DNA of 64,000 bases from Octopus sinensis (taxonomy: Eukaryota). Below the pieces are notes generated by a model. The model was not told the origin of the DNA and searched no databases. It saw only the letters and a list, made by a program, of their open reading frames with translations. Positions 26,512 to 38,105 of this stretch are shown in pieces (position 1 is the stretch's first letter; the number at the start of each line of letters is the position of its first letter). The stretch covers positions 88,660,001-88,724,000 of the forward strand of contig NC_043001.1 in NCBI RefSeq assembly GCF_006345805.1, given 5' to 3'. The position numbers and the translations under genes are program-made.

Positions 26512-27289
26512 GTTATATGCACCTATATGTTATCATGCACCATTGTGTGTGTACATGTTTGATGGTTTTAAAGAAATGTATCTAAAACTACAAATCTAAT
26601 CTGTCTTTTTTATTTAAGATTGTAGGGTATGCTTTGAGAGAGATTGGGCTAATATTTCTAGCAGCTCAGCCCTATAAGTTATTACATTACCTAATCATAG
26701 ATGTTCAAATTTATTACTAGCATTTTTTGAGTTTCCAAGCACAACACTGTATTTTACATTACCACTGTTCATCTAGCTGTATAAGAGAATAGAGGTTAGT
26801 TTATTTGTGTTGATCTTCCTTTCCATTGCATTACAGATTGTGATGACTGCATTGATAAATTAGCTATGTGAATCTCAAGTAAAACTTAGCAAGTCATCTT
26901 TCATTGTTTGGATAGTTGTCTCGCAAATGTTATGTTGCTGAATCTCTCTGTCTCCTTAACAACCACAGTACAGATTCTGTAAAGTAAAATCCCTTTGAAA
27001 GCCACTATTGTGGAGAAATTAGTGAAAGTGATATTTTTCCTCTCAACATCAACAAAGCTTTTGAGCATATCTAGTTGCAAATCTTTTATCAAATGGGTGG
27101 TGACTGTGAATTTCTTCAGGCATTGTAAATCTTGTTTATGCCTTAAAAGCTTCAACAGAACTATGGGTGAACCATTTGAGGAATTAGGGGTTTAGGTCTT
27201 TGTTGTATGTAGAATATGACATGCCTAGTTTCAGTTATTTGCTGGGCTGTTTCTGATGAGTCAGAAGTAGAGCACTTATGCAGCCAAGG

Positions 27290-29110
27290 GTATTTACTAT
27301 TAAACTAATGGAACTCCAACCTAGTCAACTGGCTTGAAGTGCTGTAGAGTACAGGGGTAGGAAGCAGTGCATTATGTGTGGATGTGTATTGGACAGTTGC
27401 AGTGAGGTAGTGGTCAGACGATCTGATAGGGGTGGACACCAGTCACATTTTGATAGAGATTAAGCTTGGAGGTAAGAGACTAAGAGTGTTTAGGTTTTCT
27501 CTGTGTGTCAATCTGAGATGTTTTTAGGGGATGAGATAAGTTGATGTAGAAAGTTGAGGATTGCAAAAGATTTGCTTTCTGCACTATTGGTATTGGTATA
27601 GAATAAATGAGTGTTTATGATTGAAGATCCAAGAATGATGACTTCAGACCAAGATGAAGTCAGGTATATGTCCTCAATGCAGAAGGAGATATTGTTGAAG
27701 AGATGCTAGTAGTTTGAGAAGTTAGAATGATAGAATTTACAGATGTCTCAGGTCATTAAAAATTAAATGTCCAATTTTGAACTGAAAGTTTATTTTAATT
27801 TATCTCAGCAAAAAACAGTGCAGTTAATCAAAGTATGAACCTAAATTATCGACACAGTTTTGCCATTTTACCGGTAGCTTATTTATGCCAACAGCAAAGA
27901 ATTCTGGAGAGCAAGAGGTGATGAAATTACAAAAGGCTGCTTTTGTATTTTCTTCAGATTTGAAGTTTTTTCCTTGCAAAAAGTTGTCTGATGCCTGGAA
28001 AAAGTGATAGTCAATTGGTGCAAGGTCTGGTGAATATGGTGGATGACAGAATACTTCCAAATTCAGTTCTTGTAACCTGAGTAGCGTTCTTTGTGCAACA
28101 TGTGGTTGAGTATTGTCTTGCAAGAGAATTGGCTTGTTTCCATTGACCAATCTCGGTTGTTTAATTGCAAGCTCCCTCATCATTTCATCCAGTTGGTTGA
28201 TGTATACATCCACTGTAATTGACTTACCAGGTCTCATGAAGCTGTAGTGGATGACACCAGTGCTGGACCACCAAGCAAACACCATTAGCTTTTTTGGTGA
28301 ATATTCTTTTTTGGATTGTGTTTTGGCACTTCGCCGTTATCCAACCACCATGCAGAATCCATTTCTCAACACACGTAACAATACCATACAAAAATGGTTC
28401 GCTTTTATGCCATGAGAGCAAAGAACAGCAAGTTTCAAGATGACAAGTCATTTAATGCTCATTCAGTTGGTGTCGTACCCACTTGTCCAGCTTCTTTACC
28501 TTGCTGATTTGTTTCAGATGATCCAATACAATTGGAATTGAAACAGCAAACCTTGCTGCTAACTGACAAGTAGTTTGAGATGTATCCACTTCTACTACAG
28601 TTTCCAGCTCATCATTATCCACCTTGGTCTCAGGTCTACCATGGGGCTGATTTTCAAGAGTAAAGTCACCAGACTGGAACTTCTCAAACCATCAACGTAC
28701 AGTGCATTCATTGGCCACATCTTCACCAAACACTTCATTGATGTTTTGAGCTGTCTGGGATGCATTGGTTCCACAATGGAACTCATATTTGATCTATCCA
28801 TGGGTTCACAAAAACTGATTTACAAGAGAAAACTCACCATATAATCAGATATGGAAAATGATGTAACTCTTCAGTGTTGTAAAACAAAGAATTGTCAGGA
28901 TAAAACATTGTAGTTAACGATTGTCAAACTTGGTGCATAAGAAAATTGGACATTTCATTCTTAATGACCTGATATTTGGGAGAGTGAGAAATGTGTCTTG
29001 AGAAGAATAGCATGTGTGATCTTCTTCATGTAGAATGTGATGAGCAAGATTTAGATTGGCTTGAAGTCCATGAGTATTGGAGAGGGTTTTCACATTTCAG
29101 GAAAGAGTAG
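27290..29110 (-). mobile_element. Ancient LINE AP-endonuclease remnant interrupted by the mariner
   Basis: Degenerate NTHGLQANLNLAHHILH (right of the mariner) and EVIILG...LHQLISSP...SDHYL (left) resemble CR1/Jockey-type EN motifs; many stops. Confidence 0.45.
27748..28972 (-). mobile_element. Full-length decayed mariner (DD34D-type, Hsmar1/SETMAR-like) transposon
   Basis: 31-bp TIRs TCAGGTCATTAAAAATTAAATGTCCAATTTT (27748-27778) and its reverse complement with 2 mismatches (28942-28972), TA at 28973. Transposase fragments GRPETKVDNDEL, KWVRHQL, LLQDNTQPH and HPPYSPDLAPIDYHFF, with stops and frameshifts. Confidence 0.95.
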
Positions 29111-32100
29111 AGAATGGCAGTGCATTGAAAAGTCACATCAACCCTCTGCCAAAGGCCTGAACTGAATACTTACCATACAGTGAACTCTGCTAAAAGCACT
29201 GAAGGACCAGGTAATGATATCAAACTAGGCAGTGTCTACCACACAAAAAAAAAAGTACAGGGGTTCCTTCTACACTATATACAATGGGACTACATTAGAA
29301 GAGTAACAGAAGCATAATGACAAAGAACCTGCAAGCCCCTGTGTCAAAGTCAGGTTTTCTACAAGGATTTTCACTGCTGCTAATCTTTTTAATGAATCTC
29401 AAACAACACCAAAATACTTAATCACAGCAGTATTCCGATATGATAATACTAACTTCAAGTTATCACTCATAAAGATGTTTTATATGATGTTTATTACTAC
29501 TTATCTTTATCTTTCGTAAATGCTCACATTTGGCAGCTATACTGGTCTTCCACCAACTTGAAATAGCAGCCAAATCTCCCTCAAATCACAAGCCAGATTT
29601 TCTTGAAAAAAGAAAACTACATGGAGAAATGATGGGATGCTTACAAATGTGTTCTTTGCTCATTCAAGGCCGACCAGCAACTAAACAGCAACAGCTATAC
29701 ACACATACTTTAGTAAACCACTTCAATACAGTTAAGTGGTGATGTTAATAGCAGCAGCATCTACAACAAGTGCTGAATAACAGCAATTTTGACAGGATAT
29801 AGCTGGTTCATTCCAGCACCTTATTGTTGATAGGTTGTTGTAGAGCAAAGTTGAAACTGATACTGAAAGTATTCACTTAGTTTCAAGCTATAAAAATATC
29901 TTCTTCAGATAAATGTGTTGTTTTATTCAGAAAGATGACAATGATGAAGAATAACTTCTGTTTCCTATATCCCTGCTGCTGTTATTGAGCGGTTGTGGGG
30001 TGGATTGGTGGGTTAGGTTGCCACTGCAACTCTATATTTGTAATCAGCAATGAACACAAGAACAAAAGAAAGAAACCTCACACATGCCACAAACAACTCC
30101 AGTAACAAAACCTCATCACACCCCTTCCATTGTTGTCCTGCTATCTAGTTACCTTTACGATTACACTAAACTTTCTTTATTTTTCTCTCTCCCCTCTCTC
30201 AAGACAAACTTTATTCACCACCTTCACCCTTTCTATCCACCCTCTAAAAATGAAATAGTCACCTGTCTATAAATCCAGGGTGGCTGCTAGAGTCTTCTAC
30301 CACCTGCCATCATTGCTACTGTGCCACAGTCGGTAGCAGTTACTGTCGGTGGCATTTGCTTTTGTTTCGTATCATTGGAAGCTACCATAGCCATTACTTC
30401 TGCACTGCACGCCACACCATTCTAGGCCAAGGCTAATAATCACGATGGGGGCTTCTGTTGCAAAAGGTACTGCTACTCCCTTTTTCTTCAGTCTTAAACT
30501 TACCTCTCCAAGACTCCTCACTTTCTCTCACACACACATATACACTCACTCACGCATGTGCTCACTCACATAAATTTTATATTAAAAAAACATTAAAAAA
30601 GTGTGTGTAAAGTCTGTTACATATAGGTAACTAAACTTTTAAACACATTCACTCATATATAGACACACATGCACACATACACACACATGCATATTCTTTA
30701 CAAAATCAATTACATGTTATCAAAATTCTGCCTTAACAGTTGTGAGAATCAATTATTGCTGTCATGACCCAAATATGTTCACAACCCAAGATACCTTTTA
30801 TTAATTGATCCAAATGACATTAGCTTTCTTCTTTCTCATTTATTCAAATGGAGCTTTCAAATTAAATTACTATTTGTATGTTATCTAAATAATTTGGGAC
30901 CTTAAACCTTTAATAGTCAATCCAACCCTGCCAGGCCTTGCTGGCTTGTTATATCTCATAGTAGCAAAACTTCCTTGATAATCACATCATTCTGTATAAA
31001 TACTTCAACATCACTAACAGCACTGATGTTATTAATACTAAGGTGTTAAACTTTAAGCAAGACACACTAACAATTCTAATCTATATAAATACACTTCTAT
31101 ATCACCATTAGTATTATAAATACCATATTATTAAACCATATACAAGTCACATCACTTTATATATACACCAACATATCTAACACCATCACTGCAATAAATA
31201 GTGAAGTGTTAAATCTTAAGCACTCTGCTTTATAAGTATATGTACCAATATATCTAAAACATTCAGTATTATGGATATAGTGTTCAGCCTTAAGGAAGGC
31301 ACACCATACTACATAAATTCACCAGAATATCTATCAATATAAATATTGTGAATACTAACTACTTAAATCAGTATTTCTGTGTTGTATTTGTTTTCCAACT
31401 AAACATTTACTATGTATTTACTTTGCCAAAGGATAAAATTTTATTTCCACTGTGTATTTTGTATCAAGTGTGTGTGTTGGAAGTGAAAGGTGTATGTGAG
31501 CATATAATGAGTGCATGTGTGTATATGTATTAGAATGTGAGGAAAATGTGAAGTATTTGTGTATATGTGGGAGGGGTGCATGTATGTATGTATATGTGTG
31601 AGTGAGAGAATGTATGAGTGTGTAGAAAGGTGTATCAATGAAATTTGGGTTATGTGAGATGATGTATGAGATGTGCACATGTGTATAACTATTGTGTGTG
31701 TATGTGTGTGTGTATTTAATAAACATGCTCAGAGAAAGAAGGAATGAAGATAGATGTGGGAAGAAGAGAGAGATTATACTGGTAAATACACAAGATAATG
31801 GGAGACAACTTTAATTTTTATCTTACCCTCTAGAAATGCTCCAAGTGTTTATCTTAGCTGCTGTGTTTCCGTTGTTTTGCAGTTTGAACTTACTACACGT
31901 GGAGTTTACAGTGAACTGCATGTAACAATGCAGTGACCTCATATAACTTTTGGTGACCATGTATAACATGTATAATGAAGCTATCTGCCACTGGCAAACC
32001 TTTATATACAAATTATGTCCTGTGTTGTTCTCTTTGGTATAAAGGTTTCTATAATTGTGGAGAATGCTGATTCATGTTTTGTCTTTGTTGTTGTCCATCA

Positions 32101-32744
32101 TACTAAACTGTCAACAGCCCTGTTCATTTAACTTCAACTGTAAGTTACTGCATCACTAGTTCAGAGTTAATTCCTCCCATAGTAAAAGCTACATGATCCA
32201 TAGGATCAGCATTCATGACAGCTGTTTTGAAAAAAGATTAGTCTCTAGACCTGATAGTAAGTATCAATACTATTGGTACATGGAATCAGGTAAGTTGTCC
32301 CTTACCACCCTCCCCGACTCAATTATATATTAGGAATATGTTGTATATCTTTCTGCTCCCCGTCCCTTTCACTGTCTTCTGCCATCTTGACCACTTCATC
32401 TCTTCCCTTTTTTAACCGCTCTACCTTGGACCGTTATCCTCAAACCTTACACATGTCATTCATAGTCAAACAAGCAACCAAATCACCCATGCCTCTATAT
32501 TTTATGAATATTTTAACTGATCTCCATGTCATAACTGTGTCATGTCATGACTACACCTTGTCACAAGTGTCTGAAGTCATAATCAGCCAAATCACAAGCA
32601 TAATATTCTGTTGCCATGGTCACCACCTCATACTTCTAATTACAAGTGATATTCTATTGTACAGTATCTTTTCAGCCTCAATGTAATTTTGTTCATTTTG
32701 AAATTTGCTAGAATTGGCACTCAAATTTCCTTTCTCTATTTCAG

Positions 32745-32828
32745 GTCGTAGCTTGGTGGCAAAGAAAAACGATGGTATTAAAGAATCCACAGATAGCAGT
32801 GCTACACTGGAAGATGAAGACACTAAAA
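32745..32828 (+). CDS. CaMKII: CaMKII conserved linker-core exon (G)RSLVAKKNDGIKESTDSSATLEDEDTK
   Basis: Acceptor ctcaaatttcctttctctatttcag|G, donor AAA|gtaatg, 84 bp, phase 1-1. The peptide matches, from memory, the CaMKII linker just before the hub: vertebrate alpha [23 protein letters not shown] and Drosophila SRSMITKKGEGSQVKESTDSSSTTLEDDDIK. Confidence 0.88.
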
Positions 32829-33429
32829 GTAATGATATTATTATAATTTCAGTATTGATTTGAGTGTACTGTTTACTTATTTAGGTCTCAATGTTTCTCT
32901 GTTCTAGCCCTATTAGACCAGTATTTTAATATTATTATGTATGTTCATTTCTAGGTGTTATTTGTTGATTATAATGCATTTTAATTTTTCTTTTTTTTTT
33001 TCCACAATTCTTATTACTTTTATATATGTTCATATTTCCCTCAAATTATCATTCATAGCTGGATAATATACTTTGCTAATATGTTTATTTTACTGGGGTC
33101 ATTCACAAGAATTGTCAGCTGTCTACTCTTTTACGCTCTTAGGTTTCTTAACTCCTTATAGCACTGGGGTGTTTAAAAATGAATTCACTATTTAACTAAG
33201 AAATGACCAACTCCTCTTGCTTCAAGAAATTATATCTGCATTTGACACAACTTTGGCTTGGCACCAACAAATGCAAAAGGCCCCAGTCTTCAATGACAGA
33301 TTTATGCTCATAAAATAAAAAAGAATAATGACAGCTGCTAAATTCTGTATTAGAGAATTGCAACCCAACGGCTCAATCTAGCAGACCATTCATCAATTTT
33401 GATACTGTGGTATCTATTTAGTTAGATGG

Positions 33430-33720
33430 CCTGGCCAGTTTCGAGTTTAGATGCAATTTCTTGAAGCTAAATCAACTGATATTCTCTGACATTCTAAGAA
33501 TTGTTCCTACCTGACTTAATTCCACCCCCCCACTTTTTTTTGTATAAGTATTTGCATAAACTGAACAGTGTTGAAACAGCAACAATCAATAATAGGGTAG
33601 ATACTTCTCATCTCTTCTGGGGTGCCACATAGATTGGTTGCGGTACTAACATAATTAAGAGCCCTTATTTAACTGTATATTTGATGAACTGTTAAGCCTG
33701 TACATTTCAGTGGAGATATT
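33430..33720 (+). mobile_element. Very old LINE RT remnant
   Basis: LEAKSTDIL*HSK and SGVPH fragments resemble the RT motifs D..YLDFSKAFD and SGVPQGS; many disruptions. Confidence 0.3.
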
Positions 33721-34999
33721 CCTGCCAAAATTTATCAAACAATAATCTCAGGGGGAATGTATGTACCAAAATATAGTTTCAGGCCATAGTTTGCTGTAAT
33801 GACATAAAGAACTAACTAAAGGTTTAAAAATTACAGTATTTTCTCCAGATATTAGCGTGGTATATGTATGTATGTGTGTGTGTGTATATATATATATATA
33901 AAACATCTTATGTGAATCAGAAACATATTAAAATAATATAAGCATGCAATATATTTGTATGTTTATGAGTTATGTTAATTGTGATACTATATGTAGCTTT
34001 ATAAAACAGTCTGTTGCTCAGAAACTTTCAATCATAGTTATTAAAGTTGAATGTCTGTGTAGTTATCATTGAAATGTTATCTGAAGAATGCATAGCTCAT
34101 CAAGAACTTGGTAATGGCTGAGTAGATTGTTAAATAATATATTCAACATTATTTAATAGTGATGAATTCATTGTAATAAGCACCAAGTCATGCTAAAGCA
34201 ATAATAATAATAATAATAATAATAATAGTATAAAAATAAATGTGAATAAAAAGCAAACATAATTCATTTTTTAAATTGGTCCATTCATTTTACTTTAGTG
34301 AGGGAGAGAAGCTATTTCATACTTATCTATTTATTTTTCTTGCAATAATAGTAATCCAACTGTAGAACTGTATTTAATCTATTTCATAGTAACAAAAATT
34401 ATAGTGATAGTAAATTTCCAGTCATATATACATATCTCAATTTTCATCAAAGTGATATCAAATTCACAATAACTTGTGGAGAACAGTTAAATCAGAAAGC
34501 TGTTTTTGTTTTGTTTTTAACGAAATCAGATGGTTACAGTTTTTCCTATAAGAAAGGTGGCAAGAGAAAATAAAAGTGCCTAGATCTTTTTCAAATAGAT
34601 AGATAGATAGATGTGAAAGAGAAAGAGAGAAGAGAAAGTTGAATGAATTCATTAGTTTTCCATGCTACAGGTTTTAATGGCAGGTCTTTTCTAAATTCAG
34701 ATGTTTGATGCAAATTCTTTTCCATCTAAGTCTTTTCCTATTCAACTGCAGCCATATTTCATGTGCATACATCATGAGACAAACAACATGAACACTCAGT
34801 TCTTTGCATTCTTTTAGCTATTGCCTTCATGACAAATAACATGTGATGATAACTATCGTCATACATTAATGAGCCCATGACTGTCATTAAACAATGACTG
34901 GAAATATTTTCCTTTCACAAGCATTTTTATGATCAGTCCAATCCATTTCACATTATTGAAGTGGAGAGTGACTGTTTGATAGCAGCAGTAGTAGTAGTA

Positions 35000-35035
<36 letters not shown>

Positions 35036-35282
35036 TTGATAATAATAGAACTCTGTTTAATTTATTTTATATATAATCTGTAGTAATGAAGGTAATACAA
35101 ATAATATGCATTTCAATCTTATCTTGACCTCATCAGTGTGATATCAAATTCAAGACATTTAATGGAAATCAGATAAATCAGAAAGTCCATTGTTGTTTCA
35201 TCAGATCAGATAGGATATAGGGTCTTTTTTTTTCTTAAAGAAAGGTGGGAAGAGAGAAATAAATTAATATATCATCCTATAG

Positions 35283-35530
35283 CTATACACTACACTGCCC
35301 CTCAACTATGCACATCAGTACTCAGTACATGTTTGCTATACTGTCCTGCAGTTGTACACTACACTGTCCTTCAACTGTACAATACACTGTTCTACAGCTG
35401 TGCATTACACTGTACTATCCTACAGCTTTACACTGCATTGTCCTACAACTATACATTCTACAGTATTCCTCAGTGAAGAATACACTGTCATTCAGTTGTG
35501 TGCTACTCTGTATCTCTGTTGTATAATCAT
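35283..35530. repeat. Degenerate ~23-bp minisatellite (tacactacactgtcctacagctg-like)
   Basis: Repeated actacactgtcct...cagct units visible by eye. Confidence 0.7.
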
Positions 35531-35985
35531 AGCTGCAAACTACACTCTGAAGTTGTTGACACCTCCAAACTTTCTTGGATTTTATACAATATTCTGTTCC
35601 CACTGTACACCACATTAGTCTTTTCCATAACATCATTCTCATAATATGAGAGTTGTGATAACATAATAACCACATTTAATTATAGCTATTTATTATTTCT
35701 CCTCCACAAAAATGTAGGTAAAATGGATAGTGAGAGTAAGTAGAAACTTAGTTTCTTTTATAATCCATAACTAAAATTTGTTATTTTTAATATATTGCTA
35801 GCTCATGTTTCTTTCTGACTCCATCTCAATGTTATGTTTAATGTGTGGCCTATATTCCTTGCTTGATTTATCTGGAGTTGTCTAAACATTCAGTTCATAT
35901 TTTATCAATTATCAAAGAAGGTAAAAGAGAGAAAATAGAAAGCTTCTGACAATGCAGAAAGTTTTATAAAACCTTTATATTTCAG

Positions 35986-36030
35986 GTGCAAAGGCCCATC
36001 TTCAGAGGAAAAACAGTCTGGGAAATGTAG
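35986..36030 (+). CDS. CaMKII: Candidate CaMKII post-core cassette exon (S)AKAHLQRKNSLGNV
   Basis: Branch-like ttctgac, acceptor aaacctttatatttcag|G. Tandem donors AAT|gtaggt (end 36026) and TAG|gttcca (end 36030, 45 bp, frame-preserving). In frame after EDEDTK. Confidence 0.58.
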   Translation: MQRPIFRGKTVWEM

Positions 36031-37939
36031 GTTCCATTTACCCATTCAAATTACCTAGCGTTATATAGCAGCAACAAACTTCCAAGTTGGAAGTTCGTTT
36101 ACATCGATGCTTGGAGCATCAACTACGCTATGTTTGGGGAGTGACTGCTGTTGCTACATTATGCTAGGGGATTTGAATGGGTTAATGGAACCTACATAAC
36201 CAGACATTTCCCAGATTTTTTTTATTTTCTGAAGATGGGCTTTGCACCTGATATACAAAGGTTTTATAAAACTTTCCACATTGTCAAAAGCTTTCTATTT
36301 CCTCTCTTTTACCTTCTTTGATATTACAATGCTTCAAGCAAGCTACAACACTTATTTATCAATTATGTTCTTTTCCTACTAACATTTTTCCTAGATACAC
36401 CATATGCTACACAATATATAGACATCTTATTGAACCTCAAGAGAGCTTCTATATAGTCACTCCAGTTCTATATAGTAGCCAGATCTTTGTTTTCAAGTTT
36501 CCACTGTCTCTAAAATATAAACCATGGATTTAAAATTTTATATCCTGTGATTACACAATCCACAATAGGATCTGCATGTGCTAGCAAAGAAGATTCTCTG
36601 TTGTTATTGTGTTCAATATAGTAGCCAAATCTCTCTTAACAAATATTCACTATTGAATTTAAAATGATGGGTCACTTAAACTAGAAAGGAACCTTATGTA
36701 TAATCACTTGACATGATCTGCATAACAACCAAGCAATTCTTCTTCAACAAACTGCTTGCCAATTGGAAGCACTTAACAGTGAATTAACTTCTTCATAGAC
36801 ACTTGACTTGCACAACACAGTAGCCAAGTTTCCATCTACAAACTTTATGAAATCAGAGCTTGCTTGCTTTTCATGTCCACGTTTCAAACTAGATGACCAT
36901 AACTGAAACACTAAATAAGCTGCAGCATCTGCAGGATGCTCCTAAATATTCAATTAGCTTGCCTTCTGTCAACTATAAAACTGATGAGAATTGATCTATA
37001 ATAGCATTTGCAACAATTATGTTATACTTTGTATCACATTGGCTGGGATATTTCAGCTGTTACTCTATTTAGTCTCAGTCTTACCTATAAGTTCAAACTT
37101 GGCCAGCTATAAATGAAATGTTTCATGGTTAAACAGTTAATGAAATTAGTTTAGTGATGACAAGGTCATCTGTTTGAAATTTACTGCAGGCTTATCTTGA
37201 CTTCTTACATGCACATTGGATATCAAAAAAATAATGGCTTTTTTTATGAAAAGTAATGATAAATATATACAATTAGATGAACTGAGGTAGAATTAAGAGG
37301 AATAAAAGTCACTATTATGAATTATTAAAGGGATTCAAAGTCATACCGGTTTTGGTATCAGCTATCTTTTCTCTCAACTACATCCATGTAGTCACTTAGC
37401 CTCTTAACCTGCTGCTAATAGGGAACAGATTCCCTCAAATCTCCCTACCTCTTTTGGACACAAAAAACACATTGGACACTATTGCTACACATACAAAATA
37501 ATAGAATGGTCAAGATTGGAAAGACTTTTGTCATAAGCTTGCTCAATTAGAGCTGGTCTAAGACTAAACAACAATCATTGTATCAGAAATCTTGGAAGTT
37601 CAGTCTTCTATGCCTATTCAATAATAGCATCAACAAAGATTTGGTTAAATAAGGTTTTGGTTTAATTTTGTTTATTCTCTTGTTTTTGTTTCTTAACCTG
37701 CATGGATTTTTAGTTTGTTTTGAGGGGTTTAGTTTTACTAATTCCCATGAAAATTTTCACTCTAGTTTCTTTGAACAAAGTGTATCTAGCTTTTGTGTTG
37801 CCATTGATATTAGTGGTAGGGATATAACAGTGATTTATCTCACCATTCAGATACTGGGCAAATAGAAGTAATCTCCTGAATCTTTTAAAATCAAATGATC
37901 CAGAGCTATCACTGATTAAATGGGTTTGTCACAATTTGA

Positions 37940-38105
37940 GTGGGGGCTGCTATAGATTAATTAATCATGTCATAGATTGACTGGGGCTGTCACATATTAA
38001 ACTGGACTACAACAAATTAACTGGTGCTGCTACAGTTAACCAGAGATGTCACAAGTTAATGTAGACTACCACACATAAACTGAGAGCTACCACATATTAA
38101 ATATG
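37940..38105. repeat. Degenerate ~19-21 bp minisatellite (ggggctgtcacaNattaact-like)
   Basis: About 8 diverged units. Confidence 0.6.
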
